A stretch of DNA of 64,000 bases. It comes from an uncultured Spirochaetota bacterium. Lineage in GTDB: Bacteria > Spirochaetota > Spirochaetia > SZUA-6 > Fen-1364. Both the position numbers and the translations under genes were made by a program. The stretch is from positions 192,001 through 256,000 of the forward strand of contig CAVUXE010000035.1 of the NCBI GenBank assembly GCA_963745235.1. Direction: 5' to 3'. Position 1 is the first letter of the stretch; the number at the start of each line of letters is the position of its first letter. This document shows positions 1-9,850 of the stretch, piece after piece. The notes beneath the pieces were generated by a model. It was not told where the DNA came from. It saw only the letters and a program-made list of their open reading frames with translations, and made no database searches.

Positions 1-904
1 CATTGGGCAGGATCTCCGCGAGGGTCGGCGCGCCTTTCAGGACCTGGAAGACCCCGCTGAAGCTCTTGCCGATGATCTCGGCCCACGGATAGCCGTACAG
101 CTTCTCCGCGTAGTAGTTGCAATTGAGGATGGTTCCCAGGGGATCAACGATGATGACGGAGGAGAGGATCGTGTCGAAAAGGACGATGTAGTTGCGTTCC
201 GAGATCTTGAGCCTTGCCTCCAGGTTCTTGACGTGGGTCACATCCTTGAAGTGCGTGGTGTATCCCAGGGCCATGCCGCGGTCGTCCCGGAGGACCCAGG
301 AGGTGTCCAGCACGCGCAGCGATTTGCGGGACCGGGTCCGCAGGTGCGTTTCCAGGTTGGACACGCAGTCCGCTTCTGCCAGCCTCAGGATCTTGTCTTC
401 CAGCTCTGCCGCATGTGGATACAGTGATGCGACGTTGGGAAGCTTGTCCTCCGTCTTCCATTCGAGCATCCGGTAGAATGCCGGGTTCGCGCACGTGATG
501 GTGCCGCCGAGGTCAGCGGTAAAGAGCGGATCATGGATGTTGTGGAACATCTGGCGCAAAGCCAGGGAATCACGCCCCGGAGAGACGCGCGCCCCGTCCT
601 GGACTGCCCTGAGGCGCACCAGGGTGTAGTGACCGCGGGCGCTTTCAACGATGAGTGAAGAAACAACGAAGCGGTGCGGCGCGCCGTTCCGGTCCTCCAC
701 CATGGTTTCCCTTTCCCGCCCGGGTCCGGCGGATTCCAGGTGGAGACGCTGGAGAAAATCGTTCTCCCGCGCCAATATGTCGTTCGAGCGCAGCCCCGTG
801 GTCTTCAGGAATACTTCATTGAAGAAAACTATCTTCCCGTCTTCGTTGAGGATGAGAAAGCCGTCAGCGAACTCTTCGATTATCTTCAGAAGCAATTCCG
901 TCAC
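1..904 (-). CDS. Multi-PAS-domain sensory protein, runs off the left edge of the window
   Basis: Manual translation from GTG at 904 stays open to position 1: 'MTELLLKIIEEFADGFLILNEDGKIVFFNEVF...IHDPLFTADLGGTITCANPAFYRML...ILSSVIIVDPLGTILNCNYYAEKLYGY'. These are three PAS N-terminal signatures. Absent from the ORF track because there is no stop in the window. Confidence 0.85.
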   Translation of the reverse strand, partial: MTELLLKIIEEFADGFLILNEDGKIVFFNEVFLKTTGLRSNDILARENDFLQRLHLESAGPGRERETMVEDRNGAPHRFVVSSLIVESARGHYTLVRLRAVQDGARVSPGRDSLALRQMFHNIHDPLFTADLGGTITCANPAFYRMLEWKTEDKLPNVASLYPHAAELEDKILRLAEADCVSNLETHLRTRSRKSLRVLDTSWVLRDDRGMALGYTTHFKDVTHVKNLEARLKISERNYIVLFDTILSSVIIVDPLGTILNCNYYAEKLYGYPWAEIIGKSFSGVFQVLKGAPTLAEILPN

Positions 905-1044
905 TCGAAGACCCCTTCACCTCGTCGGACACCTATCAACGGTACCACCCCAACTTCGCGCTGTCAACGCGAGCCGTTATTGTACGACAATGCGATTTAC
1001 ACCGGCGGCAGTTTCTCTCTATACTACGCTCCCAGGAGTCGTGG

Positions 1045-2940
1045 ATGAAGAAACTCCCCTTGTACGTCCTGCTTCTTCTTGCTCCTATCCTGCCCCTCTT
1101 GGGTGAGGATCTCGGCACGACCTGGCTCAAGGGGCAGGATGACAGCGGCAACCCGTGGGTGGAAAGCGCCGGTGTGTTGCCGCCGCGGCCCAGCGGGATC
1201 ATCGTTGGTCCCGCGGCAGAGCCGGCGTCCATTCTCTTCGACGGGCAGATGGTGCAGTCGGGAGGCCCGCTGCTGCCTCGCGCGGCGCCTGGCGCGCTAC
1301 CATGGCTACGCCCTTCCTGAAGTCTCCGACGGCACGCATACCGTGAGGGTGATCTTGCGGCGTCCGGATGAGCCGTCCGTCCCGCCGCTTCTGGCCGTGG
1401 TTGCACAGGAAGGCCTCGCGGCTCGCGCGGCGCTCCTGAACCTGCCCCTGGAAGCCGCTCCCGATATTCGCGGGATTGCTTTCCGTCCTTCTTGCCGTCC
1501 AGTTCGCCATCCTGGGCCTGCGCCAGCGGTCCCGCGAAACCCTCTTCCTTGCCGCCGCGCTGCTGGCCAGCGCGGCAAGCTGCCTCGTCACCGGTTTCTT
1601 TGCCACCTTCATGGACCGGGCGATGGTGGGAAAGGCGGAGCTGATCTCCCTTTTCGTCATGTGCTGCTTCCTGACACTCGCGTTCCTGGAGCTGCTGAAA
1701 TCTTTCCGGCTCCGCCTGTTTTTTCCTTTCGTCATTCCGCCGTTCCTCGCGGTGTTCGTGGTCGGCGCGGCAGCCACGTCGTCCCTCGCTTTCTACGCCG
1801 GGTCTGGCCGAGCGCGCGCTCCTGTGCGCATCGTTCGTCGCCCTTGCGCTCCTGTGCCTGCGCAGCGTCCTGAGAGCCGGCTTTCGGAGGGCAATCCAGC
1901 CCATGGCTCTTTCCGCGGTCCTGGCGTTGTCCTTTGCCGGCAGCGCGCTGGTTGACTTCTTCTTCCCCGGCTGGGGAACCCTCGGGTTCCTGCCGGGGCT
2001 CGCGGTGGCGCTGTTCGAGGGCAACCTGCTCATCAGCGAGCTGTCCCGGACGCAGGAGATGTACGGCCAGGCGAGCACGGAGCTCATAGACCGCATCGAG
2101 AGCGACTGGGAGATGATCGAACGGATCCGCGAAGGGAAGGAGCTCCTGGAAAAGCGCAACATCGACATTACCCGGCTGTCGGTCAAGCTCCTGGAGAGCG
2201 CGCAGAAGCAATCCTTCACCATCGGCGGCCTGATCGTGTCCCTGGAGGACGCCGGCACGGGTGAGGCCCAGGTTGTCACCAAGGAGAAAGAGATCCTGGG
2301 CCATACGGAGCAGGTGGACGGGCTCATCACGAGCTTCAACGCCCAGATTCACGAGACGCTGGCGGAAATGGAGGCGCTGTCACAGAGGTCCAACGTCATC
2401 CGCAAGGCCGTCAGCCAGATCATTGGAATCGCGGAAAAGACCCACATGCTTTCCCTGAACGCTTCCATAGAGGCGGCAAAGGCCGGGGCAGCGGGAAAGG
2501 GCTTCTCCGTGGTCGCGCAGGAAATCCGCAAGCTCGCGGACCTCACCAGGACCGTCTCAGATCACGTCACTGCCGTCATCAAGGACACCAACCGCGGAGT
2601 GGAGTCCGGAGTCGTCAGGATCAAGGGGTTGGGAACCGGGTTCTCAGAGATCATGAAGCGAAGCGAAGAAATCCGCACCATGATAGCGCAGAACTCCAGC
2701 GCCCTGGAAGACGTCACCCGCGCCCACAAGGAGATCCAGGACGGGCTGGCCGGTGTGGACACCCTCATCAGGTCCATCCTGGAGGTGTCGCACGACCTGC
2801 GGATGATGACCGACCGCCTGGCAAGCGCGTTCTCCTGGTTCGGCCAGACCCTCAAGCTGCGGGAGGAGCCGGCCCCCGGGGGCGAACCGGCGCGGGCGCT
2901 CAGCCCCGCCGTCGTTCCGGACGTGGACCCTTCACCGTGA
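1045..2940 (+). CDS. Membrane-anchored methyl-accepting chemotaxis protein (several frameshifts)
   Basis: Signal-like N-terminus (1045 ORF), hydrophobic TM segments (1476 and 1903 ORFs) and MCP signalling hairpin '[37 protein letters not shown]'. The pieces lie in different frames. Confidence 0.8.
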
Positions 2941-3375
2941 CGGCACGCCGCCTGTCGGGGCCGGGCCTGCCAGGCAGAGCCACTCCGCTTCGACTGCAAG
3001 CTCATCTCCCACCCAGCTCTTGCCCGCCTGGCGGATCACGGACGTGCCCACCCGAAGGTTGGAGATGACCATGCGGACCTCGTCCCCCGGCCTGACCTGG
3101 CGGCGGAACTTCGCCTTTTCAACCGTGGCAAGCACGAAAAGAGACGAGCCGCTTGACGGGTTCGCCGCGCGAACGCCCGCTCCTCCGCACTGCGCCAGGG
3201 CCTCAATGAGGATGACACCGGGAACAACGGGGTACCCCGGGAAGTGTCCGGGGAAGAAGAACTCGGTTTCCAGGAAGCGCTTGTACCCCACAATCTCGTC
3301 CTTGTCGGACTTCTCGAGCCGATCGACGAACAGGAAAGGTTCCCGATGAGGGAGGAGTTGTTTCATGTCGGTCAT
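2932..3375 (-). CDS. fabZ: 3-hydroxyacyl-ACP dehydratase
   Basis: '[12 protein letters not shown]', '[23 protein letters not shown]', '[10 protein letters not shown]'. Confidence 0.95.
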   Translation of the reverse strand: MTDMKQLLPHREPFLFVDRLEKSDKDEIVGYKRFLETEFFFPGHFPGYPVVPGVILIEALAQCGGAGVRAANPSSGSSLFVLATVEKAKFRRQVRPGDEVRMVISNLRVGTSVIRQAGKSWVGDELAVEAEWLCLAGPAPTGGVPSR

Positions 3376-3440
3376 GACGGGGACAGTAGCACGGACGGGA
3401 CCGCCTGGAAAGCTGGCTGAAGGGTATCCATGCCGCTGAA

Positions 3441-3470
3441 TTGACAGGGCAGGAGGGCTGATGGTAATTT
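3441..3470 (+). promoter_or_regulatory. Putative sigma70 promoter of the acc operon
   Basis: TTGACA (3441-3446), 18 bp, TAATTT (3465-3470) preceded by TG. Confidence 0.5.
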
Positions 3471-3524
3471 CCGACTAATTTTGTAATGGATCAGCGGCTA
3501 AACGTTTTCACGGGGGGATAATCA

Positions 3525-3971
3525 ATGGAATTGAATGAGCTGTACGCCCTGATGGAAAAATTCGAGAAGAGCGGGCTGTCGGAGCTCGTCTTCAAGCGCA
3601 ACGGAGACGAGATCTGCCTGAAAAAGAACCTGACGGCTCCCGCCCCGTCGGTCGTTCATGTTCCCGTGACCCCTGCCCCGCATGAAGTTCGCCCGCCCGC
3701 CCCGGAAACGGCGGCCCAGAAGGCGCCGGACACGGAGATCATCACCGCTCCCCTGGTCGGGACCTTCTACCGCGCGGCCGCGCCGGACGCACCCCCTTTC
3801 GTCGAGATCGGTGACACGGTGAAGAAGGGCAAGACACTCTGCATCCTGGAGGCAATGAAGCTGATGAACGAGTTCCAGGCGGAGTTCGACCTGGAGATCG
3901 TCAACATCATGGTGGAGAACGGACGCATGGTGGAATACGGCGCACCGCTGTTCGAGGTAAGGAGGGTATGA
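3525..3971 (+). CDS. accB: Acetyl-CoA carboxylase biotin carboxyl carrier protein
   Basis: Biotinylation motif 'EAMKLMNE', 'APLVGTFYRA', Pro/Ala linker. Confidence 0.95.
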   Translation: MELNELYALMEKFEKSGLSELVFKRNGDEICLKKNLTAPAPSVVHVPVTPAPHEVRPPAPETAAQKAPDTEIITAPLVGTFYRAAAPDAPPFVEIGDTVKKGKTLCILEAMKLMNEFQAEFDLEIVNIMVENGRMVEYGAPLFEVRRV

Positions 3972-5293
3972 TCCAGAGCCTCCTCATTGCCAACCGGGGG
4001 GAGATCGCCGTTCGTGTCATCAGGTGCTCCCGGCAGATGGGGGTGCGAAGCGTGATCGCCTATTCCCAGGCTGACCGGGATTCGCTTCCCGTGAGGATGG
4101 CTGATGACCGTGTCTGCATAGGCCCTCCGCCCGCCCGGGAGAGCTATCTCAACGTGCGCAATCTCGTGACGGCCGCCGTGCTCTCCCACTGTGACGCGGT
4201 CCATCCCGGCGTCGGGTTTCTCGCGGAGAACGCAGACTTCGCCCGGGAGGTTCGTGACGCCGGGCTCATCTTCGTGGGTCCTGACCCGGAGGTGATCGAG
4301 CTGCTCGGGGACAAGATCCGGGCCAAGCGCTCCGCTCGTGACGAGGGGATCCCCGTGATCCCCGGCAGCGACGGCTCGGTGGAGAACGCCGCGGAAGCCC
4401 TTTCCGCTGCGAACGCAATCGGCTATCCGGTGATCGTGAAGGCGGCCGCCGGCGGTGGAGGGAAGGGGATGCGCATTGTGCGCTCCGGTGGCGAGCTGGG
4501 TGAAATCCTGGCGATTGCATCCCATGAGGCGGAAAAGGCGTTCTCCGACGGGACCATGTACCTGGAGAAGTACCTCGAGAACCCCCGTCACGTCGAGATC
4601 CAGATCATCGCGGACCGCAAGGGGAACGTGGTCCACCTGGGAGAGAGGGACTGCACGGTCCAGCAGAACCACCAGAAGCTCGTGGAGGAGAGCCCGTCCA
4701 TGGCGGTTGACCCGGCCCTGCGGACCCGCATGGGAAACGATGCGGTTCGGCTGTTGTCGACCGTCGGATACACGGGGGCGGGGACGGTGGAGTTCCTTGT
4801 CCAGGATGGCAAGCACTACTTCATGGAAGTCAACGCGCGGGTCCAGGTGGAGCACCCGGTTTCGGAGACCGTGACGGGAGTCGACATCATCCGCCAGCAG
4901 ATCCTCGCGGCGAGCGACCAGCCCCTGGAGGTCACCCAGGAGGACGTGCACCTGTCCGGGTACGCCATGGAGTGCCGCATAAACGCGCGCTCCGCCGGGA
5001 AAGTCACCCGCCTGCACCTGCCGGGCGGCTTCGGCGTGCGAATTGACACGTTCCTCTTTGCCGGCTACACCGTCCCCCCCTGGTATGACCACCTGGTCGC
5101 GAAGCTCATCGTGTCGGGACACAACCGTCGGGAGGGAATCAAGGGGATGGAGAGCGCCCTGGCGGAGCTTGTCATCGAAGGGATTGCAACCAACATCGAA
5201 GCGCAGAAGAAAATCATTGCCCACCCGGCCTTCCGAAAGGGCGACTATGGAACGGGATTTCTCGCGGAGGTGCAGAAGGAGGGCATTCTGTGA
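3968..5293 (+). CDS. accC: Acetyl-CoA carboxylase biotin carboxylase
   Basis: 'LIANRGEIAVR', 'KAAAGGGGKGMR', 'FMEVNARVQVEHPVSE'; ATGA overlap with accB. Confidence 0.95.
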   Translation: MIQSLLIANRGEIAVRVIRCSRQMGVRSVIAYSQADRDSLPVRMADDRVCIGPPPARESYLNVRNLVTAAVLSHCDAVHPGVGFLAENADFAREVRDAGLIFVGPDPEVIELLGDKIRAKRSARDEGIPVIPGSDGSVENAAEALSAANAIGYPVIVKAAAGGGGKGMRIVRSGGELGEILAIASHEAEKAFSDGTMYLEKYLENPRHVEIQIIADRKGNVVHLGERDCTVQQNHQKLVEESPSMAVDPALRTRMGNDAVRLLSTVGYTGAGTVEFLVQDGKHYFMEVNARVQVEHPVSETVTGVDIIRQQILAASDQPLEVTQEDVHLSGYAMECRINARSAGKVTRLHLPGGFGVRIDTFLFAGYTVPPWYDHLVAKLIVSGHNRREGIKGMESALAELVIEGIATNIEAQKKIIAHPAFRKGDYGTGFLAEVQKEGIL

Positions 5294-6162
5294 TCAGATT
5301 CAACAGGATAGAGGAGTGGATCCGCGGGCGCACGGAGCACACCGTGCAGAAAAAGCGCGACGAACGGCAGTTCATCGACGCGAAGAACTCGTGCCCGTCC
5401 TGCCAGCACCCCCTCAACCCCGCGGAATTGGAAGCAACCCTGTACGTCTGCCCGCACTGTGGTCATCATTTCCGCCTCACCGCGTGGGAGCGCATCCGTC
5501 ACACCGCGGACGAGGGCGTGTTCCAGGAGTTTTCTTCTGACCTCGAGTCCACCAACCCGCTGCAGTTCCCCGAATACGAGGAGAAGCTGGCCGCGGCATC
5601 GCGGAAGACAGGGGTGAAGGAAGCGGTGGTCACCGGGTTGTGCAAGGTGGGGGGCCGGGAGGTCGTGCTCGCGGTGATGGACTTCCGCTTCATTGGAGGC
5701 AGCATGGGCTCCGTGGTCGGGGAGAAGATCATGCGGGCCATGCTGGTGGGCGCGGAAAAGAGAGTCCCCGTCATCGCTTTCACGGCGTCCGGTGGCGCCC
5801 GCATGCAGGAGGGGATCCTTTCCCTCATGCAAATGGCCAAGACCGCCGTGGCCACGCAGGCCCTGGAGAAGAGCCGGTGCCCCTACTTCGTCGTTCTCAC
5901 GGATCCCACCACGGCAGGGGTGCTCGCCTCCTTCGCCATGCTGGGGGACGTCATCATGGCGGAGCCGGGCGCGCTCATGCGGTTTGCCGGCGCGCGGGTC
6001 GTGGCGGGGACCATCCGGGAGAAAGTGCCGGAGAACTTTCCCCTTTCCCAGTATCACTTCGAAAAAGGATTCATTGACCGCATCGTGCCCCGCGGGGAGC
6101 TGAAGAAGACACTTGGCTTCCTGCTTGCCACCCATGCGGTCCCGCAGGGAGGAAGGGGATGA
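5290..6162 (+). CDS. accD: Acetyl-CoA carboxylase carboxyltransferase beta
   Basis: Zn finger CxxC...CxxC, 'GGSMGSVVGEKI', 'SGGARMQEG'. Confidence 0.95.
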   Translation: MIRFNRIEEWIRGRTEHTVQKKRDERQFIDAKNSCPSCQHPLNPAELEATLYVCPHCGHHFRLTAWERIRHTADEGVFQEFSSDLESTNPLQFPEYEEKLAAASRKTGVKEAVVTGLCKVGGREVVLAVMDFRFIGGSMGSVVGEKIMRAMLVGAEKRVPVIAFTASGGARMQEGILSLMQMAKTAVATQALEKSRCPYFVVLTDPTTAGVLASFAMLGDVIMAEPGALMRFAGARVVAGTIREKVPENFPLSQYHFEKGFIDRIVPRGELKKTLGFLLATHAVPQGGRG

Positions 6163-7136
6163 TCGACAACCAGATCCGTGAGAAGCTCGCGGAGATCAGG
6201 GCGCTGGCGGACAAGTCGAACCTGGACATCTCTCGGGAGCTGGGTGTCCTGGAAGCAAAGCTGCGCGTCCCCGCTGCCCCCGCGGCGGCTCCCAACGAAG
6301 CGTGGAAGCGGGTGGAGCTGGCGCGGCACCCCGAGAGGCCGACGACGCTCCAGTACGCTGAAAAGATCTTCGATGAGTTCCTGGAGCTGCATGGAGACCG
6401 CACATTCGGAGACGATCCCGCCATGGTGGGCGGCATCGCCATCCTGTCCGGCCGGCCGGTGACGTTCTTCGGCCACCAGAAGGGCCGCAACATGAAGGAC
6501 AACATCAAGCGGAACTTCGGGATGGCCCACCCCGAGGGGTACCGGAAGGCGCTGCGGCTGGCAAAGCAGGCCGCGAAGTTCGACAGGCCCATCATCACGT
6601 TCATCGACACCCCGGGAGCCTATCCCGGGGTCTCCGGCGAGGACCGGGGGATCAGCCAGGCCATTGCGACCAACATGAAGGAGTTCGCCGAGCTGCCCGT
6701 TCCCATAATAGCAACGGTGCTGGGGGAGGGCGGGTCCGGCGGGGCAATCGGAATTGGCCTGGCGGACATCGTGCTCATGATGGAGAACGCCTACTATTCC
6801 GTCATCACACCCGAAGGGTGCGCCTCCATACTGCTCCGTGATTCCAGCAAGGCGCCGCTCTCCGCGCAGCTTTTGCGCCTGACGCCGAAGGACCTCCTGG
6901 ATTTCCGGGTCATAGACCGAATCGTCAAGGAGCCGCCCGGGGGCGCGCACAAGGACCTCGACTCGGCCGCCGCCACCCTGAAGTCCGACATCCTCAAGGC
7001 GCTCGGGGTCGTCTCTCGACGGAGCGTCGAGTCCATGCTCTCCCAGCGGCACGAACGGTTTCTCAGCCTGGGGGTTTTCCAGGAGCAGGAGGCGCGGAGG
7101 AAGGGGTTCCTCCAGCGTCTGAGGGAGTTCTTCTAA
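6159..7136 (+). CDS. accA: Acetyl-CoA carboxylase carboxyltransferase alpha
   Basis: 'ELHGDR', 'PEGYRKALR', 'FIDTPGAYPG', 'GEGGSGGA', 'YSVITPEGCASIL'. Confidence 0.95.
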   Translation: MIDNQIREKLAEIRALADKSNLDISRELGVLEAKLRVPAAPAAAPNEAWKRVELARHPERPTTLQYAEKIFDEFLELHGDRTFGDDPAMVGGIAILSGRPVTFFGHQKGRNMKDNIKRNFGMAHPEGYRKALRLAKQAAKFDRPIITFIDTPGAYPGVSGEDRGISQAIATNMKEFAELPVPIIATVLGEGGSGGAIGIGLADIVLMMENAYYSVITPEGCASILLRDSSKAPLSAQLLRLTPKDLLDFRVIDRIVKEPPGGAHKDLDSAAATLKSDILKALGVVSRRSVESMLSQRHERFLSLGVFQEQEARRKGFLQRLREFF

Positions 7137-7162
7137 AGGTTTCCCGCGTCGGCGGGCCTCTC

Positions 7163-8362
7163 CTAGTTGATGATTCCGAGCTTCCTGCCCGCATCTGCGG
7201 CCACGGCAAGGATCCTGTCCAGCTCATCATCCGTGTGGATGGCCATGTAGGAAGTGCGGATCAGCGAGCTGTCAGGCGGAACAGCGGGAGGCAGCACCGG
7301 GTTGGTGAACACTCCGCCGTCGAACAAAGCGCGCCAGAAAAGCAGCGTCTTTTCAAACTCCCCGATGAGGAGGGGCACAATCGGGGTCTCCGCGGTCCCG
7401 ACGTTGAAACCCAGGGCCTTGAACCCATTCACCATCTTGTGCCCGATTGTCTGCAGGCGCCGTACCCTCTCCGGCTCCTTCTCCATGATGTCCAGGCATG
7501 CGCTTACCGAGGCGATCGTGGCGGGGGGCATGCTGGCGCTGAAGATCAGTGGCCGGGCAAAATGCTTGATGTAGTCTATCACCTCGTCATCCCCGGCGAC
7601 GAAGCCTCCCAGGGATCCGAATGACTTTGAGAACGTGCACATGACCACGTCGGCGTGGCCCGTGACGCCGTAATGCTCCTCCGTGCCCCGCCCGGTCTGT
7701 CCCAGGACGCCAATTGCATGCGCTTCGTCCAGGTACAGGCGCGCGCCGTATTTCTTGCAGAGCTCCCGCATGGCCGGAAGCTTTACGATGTCACCTTCCA
7801 TGCTGAAGACGCCGTCCGTGACGACAAGCTTGGGGGCGTCCAGCGCCTCCTGGGACAGGAACTTCTCCAGGCTCGTCATGTCGTTGTGCGAGTATCTGTG
7901 CACCCGCACTTTGCCTCGCATCCCCGAGGAAAGGAATATGCCGTCCATGATGGAGGCGTGGTTCACCTTGTCGGAAAATACGTGCTCGTCTCTCGCCAGG
8001 AGGGCAGAGATGGCCCCCAGGTTGGTCTGGTAGCCCGTGGTGAAGCACAGGGCCCGCTGCCTGCCCACGAACCTGGCCAGGTGGTCCTCCAGCTCTTCGT
8101 GCAGCGCGAGGGTGCCGTTGAGAAACCTCGATCCCGAGCAGCTCGTTCCCCACTTTTTTGTTGCCGCGATGGCGGCTTCTTTCACGCGCCCGTCCCACGA
8201 GAGGCCCAGGTAATTGTTGGAACCCGCCATGATGAGCTCTTTGCCCTCCATGATCACCCGCGTTCCCCGACTTTCCTGAATTGGCTTGAAGTATGGGTAA
8301 ATGCCCTTTTCCTGTGCCTCCCGCGCCTCACCCCACGAGTAGCATTTCTCAAATATGTCCAA
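7163..8362 (-). CDS. PLP-dependent alpha-oxoamine synthase, serine palmitoyltransferase-like (Bacteroides SPT type)
   Basis: 'GIYPYFKPI', 'GSNNYLGL', 'GSRFLNGT', 'HASIMDG', 'DGVFSMEGD', 'DEAHAIG', PLP lysine in 'TFSKS', 'IFSAS'. Confidence 0.75.
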   Translation of the reverse strand: MDIFEKCYSWGEAREAQEKGIYPYFKPIQESRGTRVIMEGKELIMAGSNNYLGLSWDGRVKEAAIAATKKWGTSCSGSRFLNGTLALHEELEDHLARFVGRQRALCFTTGYQTNLGAISALLARDEHVFSDKVNHASIMDGIFLSSGMRGKVRVHRYSHNDMTSLEKFLSQEALDAPKLVVTDGVFSMEGDIVKLPAMRELCKKYGARLYLDEAHAIGVLGQTGRGTEEHYGVTGHADVVMCTFSKSFGSLGGFVAGDDEVIDYIKHFARPLIFSASMPPATIASVSACLDIMEKEPERVRRLQTIGHKMVNGFKALGFNVGTAETPIVPLLIGEFEKTLLFWRALFDGGVFTNPVLPPAVPPDSSLIRTSYMAIHTDDELDRILAVAADAGRKLGIIN

Positions 8363-8478
8363 GGTGGCCTCCCTTTGGGCGGATTTTGGCTACAGTGATA
8401 CAACGCGAGCGCCCGGCGTGTAAAGGCGTTTTGAGCAGTGTTACTAGCTCTCAGCCGGCGCTTCGGAAGGGCTTGTCT

Positions 8479-9078
8479 TTACATCCTGAGAATTTTGTCA
8501 AAAAGGTCCAGCCTCTCGGCGCTCGTCCAGTCAGTGCCATCGAATCCAACGATCCGCGCGATGAGCCTTCCGGATCGGTCGAGAAGATAGTTCGTTGGAA
8601 TACTGCTGGCGCCGTAGGCGGAGCCGACCGCGACGTCTCCGTCAAGAAGAACGGGGAAGGTCAGGCTGTAGTCTTTTACAAACTGCGCGACAACTGGCTT
8701 TTGCTCCCCCATGTCGACGGCAACGACCGCCAGCCCCTTGCTTTCCAGCTTGTTGTAGAGGGCCTGGATGGAGGGGAGCTCGGCTTTGCACGGCCCGCAC
8801 CACGTGGCCCAGAAGCTGAGAAACACGACCTTGCCCTTGAACGAGCTGAGGCTCCGGCGCGATCCGTCAAGGGATCCCAGCGTGAAATCTTCCGCGGCAG
8901 CGGGTTTTGCAGCAACGGCGAAGCCTGATTTCTTCAGCAGATCCGCAAGGTCTCCGGGCAGCTGAGCCGGCACCGGCCGTGAAGAAGCGCTGTCCTTTCG
9001 GCTGCACGAGAGAAGCACGACAGCTGCAAGCAGGCAGCCCGCGGCCAGCAGGAAAGCCTTCCCCGGTATATGTCTCAT
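8479..9078 (-). CDS. TlpA/ResA-family thiol-disulfide oxidoreductase lipoprotein
   Basis: Lipobox 'VLLSC', 'FWATWCGPCKAELP'; start re-assigned to ATG 9078. Confidence 0.9.
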   Translation of the reverse strand: MRHIPGKAFLLAAGCLLAAVVLLSCSRKDSASSRPVPAQLPGDLADLLKKSGFAVAAKPAAAEDFTLGSLDGSRRSLSSFKGKVVFLSFWATWCGPCKAELPSIQALYNKLESKGLAVVAVDMGEQKPVVAQFVKDYSLTFPVLLDGDVAVGSAYGASSIPTNYLLDRSGRLIARIVGFDGTDWTSAERLDLFDKILRM

Positions 9079-9095
9079 GTCTTGAACGTACCGAT

Positions 9096-9785
9096 TCAGG
9101 CCCCGCTGGACAACCGCGAGGCGTGAAGGAGGCTCAGGCAAAGCACGGTCGCGTTGTAGAGACCATGTGCCACGGCTATTACATGCAGGCTGCCTCGTCT
9201 GAGGTACACCCCCGCAAAGAGCACGCCCAAGGCGGCCGAGGTGGCAAGCCCCAGCGGCCCCTGGTAGGCATGCCCCGCGCAGAACAGCAGCGTCGAGAGC
9301 GCGACGGAGAGCGGTACGGGGACGCCCATCTGATCCTGCCGCTTCAACAGGTACGAGCGAAAGAAGAACTCCTCCCTGTAGCCTGCCACGAGCCCGAAAG
9401 CGACGGCCAGCGGAATCTGCGACGGGCCCCCCAGTCGAAAGCGGAACCCGGTGGCGAGGTACCTGGACACGTTGGGCGGGAGGGTCAGCACGAGGGCGGC
9501 AAGCGGAGCGAAAATTGCAAAGCATCCCAGGAGAACAAGAACTATGCGCAGCCCATCAGCTGCCCGGAACGGCGCGAAGCCCCATGATTCCATGGTCGTA
9601 TCCCGGGAAAGGCTTGCTATGTAGACCATGAGACAGAATTGGGGAACGCCCACCACGATGGATTGGACCATGGCGGTGCTGCTGATGGGGCCGCTGGGAG
9701 GAACGACGCCCTGCGACAAATACCCGGGAAGAAAAAAAGCGAGGAAACAGAGAATCATTTCCAGGAGAGACCGCGTCTGCTTCAC
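9096..9785 (-). CDS. CPBP (Abi/CAAX) intramembrane metalloprotease
   Basis: 'REEFFFRSYL', 'FCAGHAYQG', 'AHGLYN'. Confidence 0.9.
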   Translation of the reverse strand: MKQTRSLLEMILCFLAFFLPGYLSQGVVPPSGPISSTAMVQSIVVGVPQFCLMVYIASLSRDTTMESWGFAPFRAADGLRIVLVLLGCFAIFAPLAALVLTLPPNVSRYLATGFRFRLGGPSQIPLAVAFGLVAGYREEFFFRSYLLKRQDQMGVPVPLSVALSTLLFCAGHAYQGPLGLATSAALGVLFAGVYLRRGSLHVIAVAHGLYNATVLCLSLLHASRLSSGA

Positions 9786-9850
9786 GATGGTGGCATCCTA
9801 GATTGGTATGGAAATATATGCCCTTTTTCACGATAATAGTAGCTGGAAAT

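Noticed and set aside
3767-7052. Long minus-strand ORFs opposite accB/C/D/A
   Set aside because: Antisense shadows of conserved genes.
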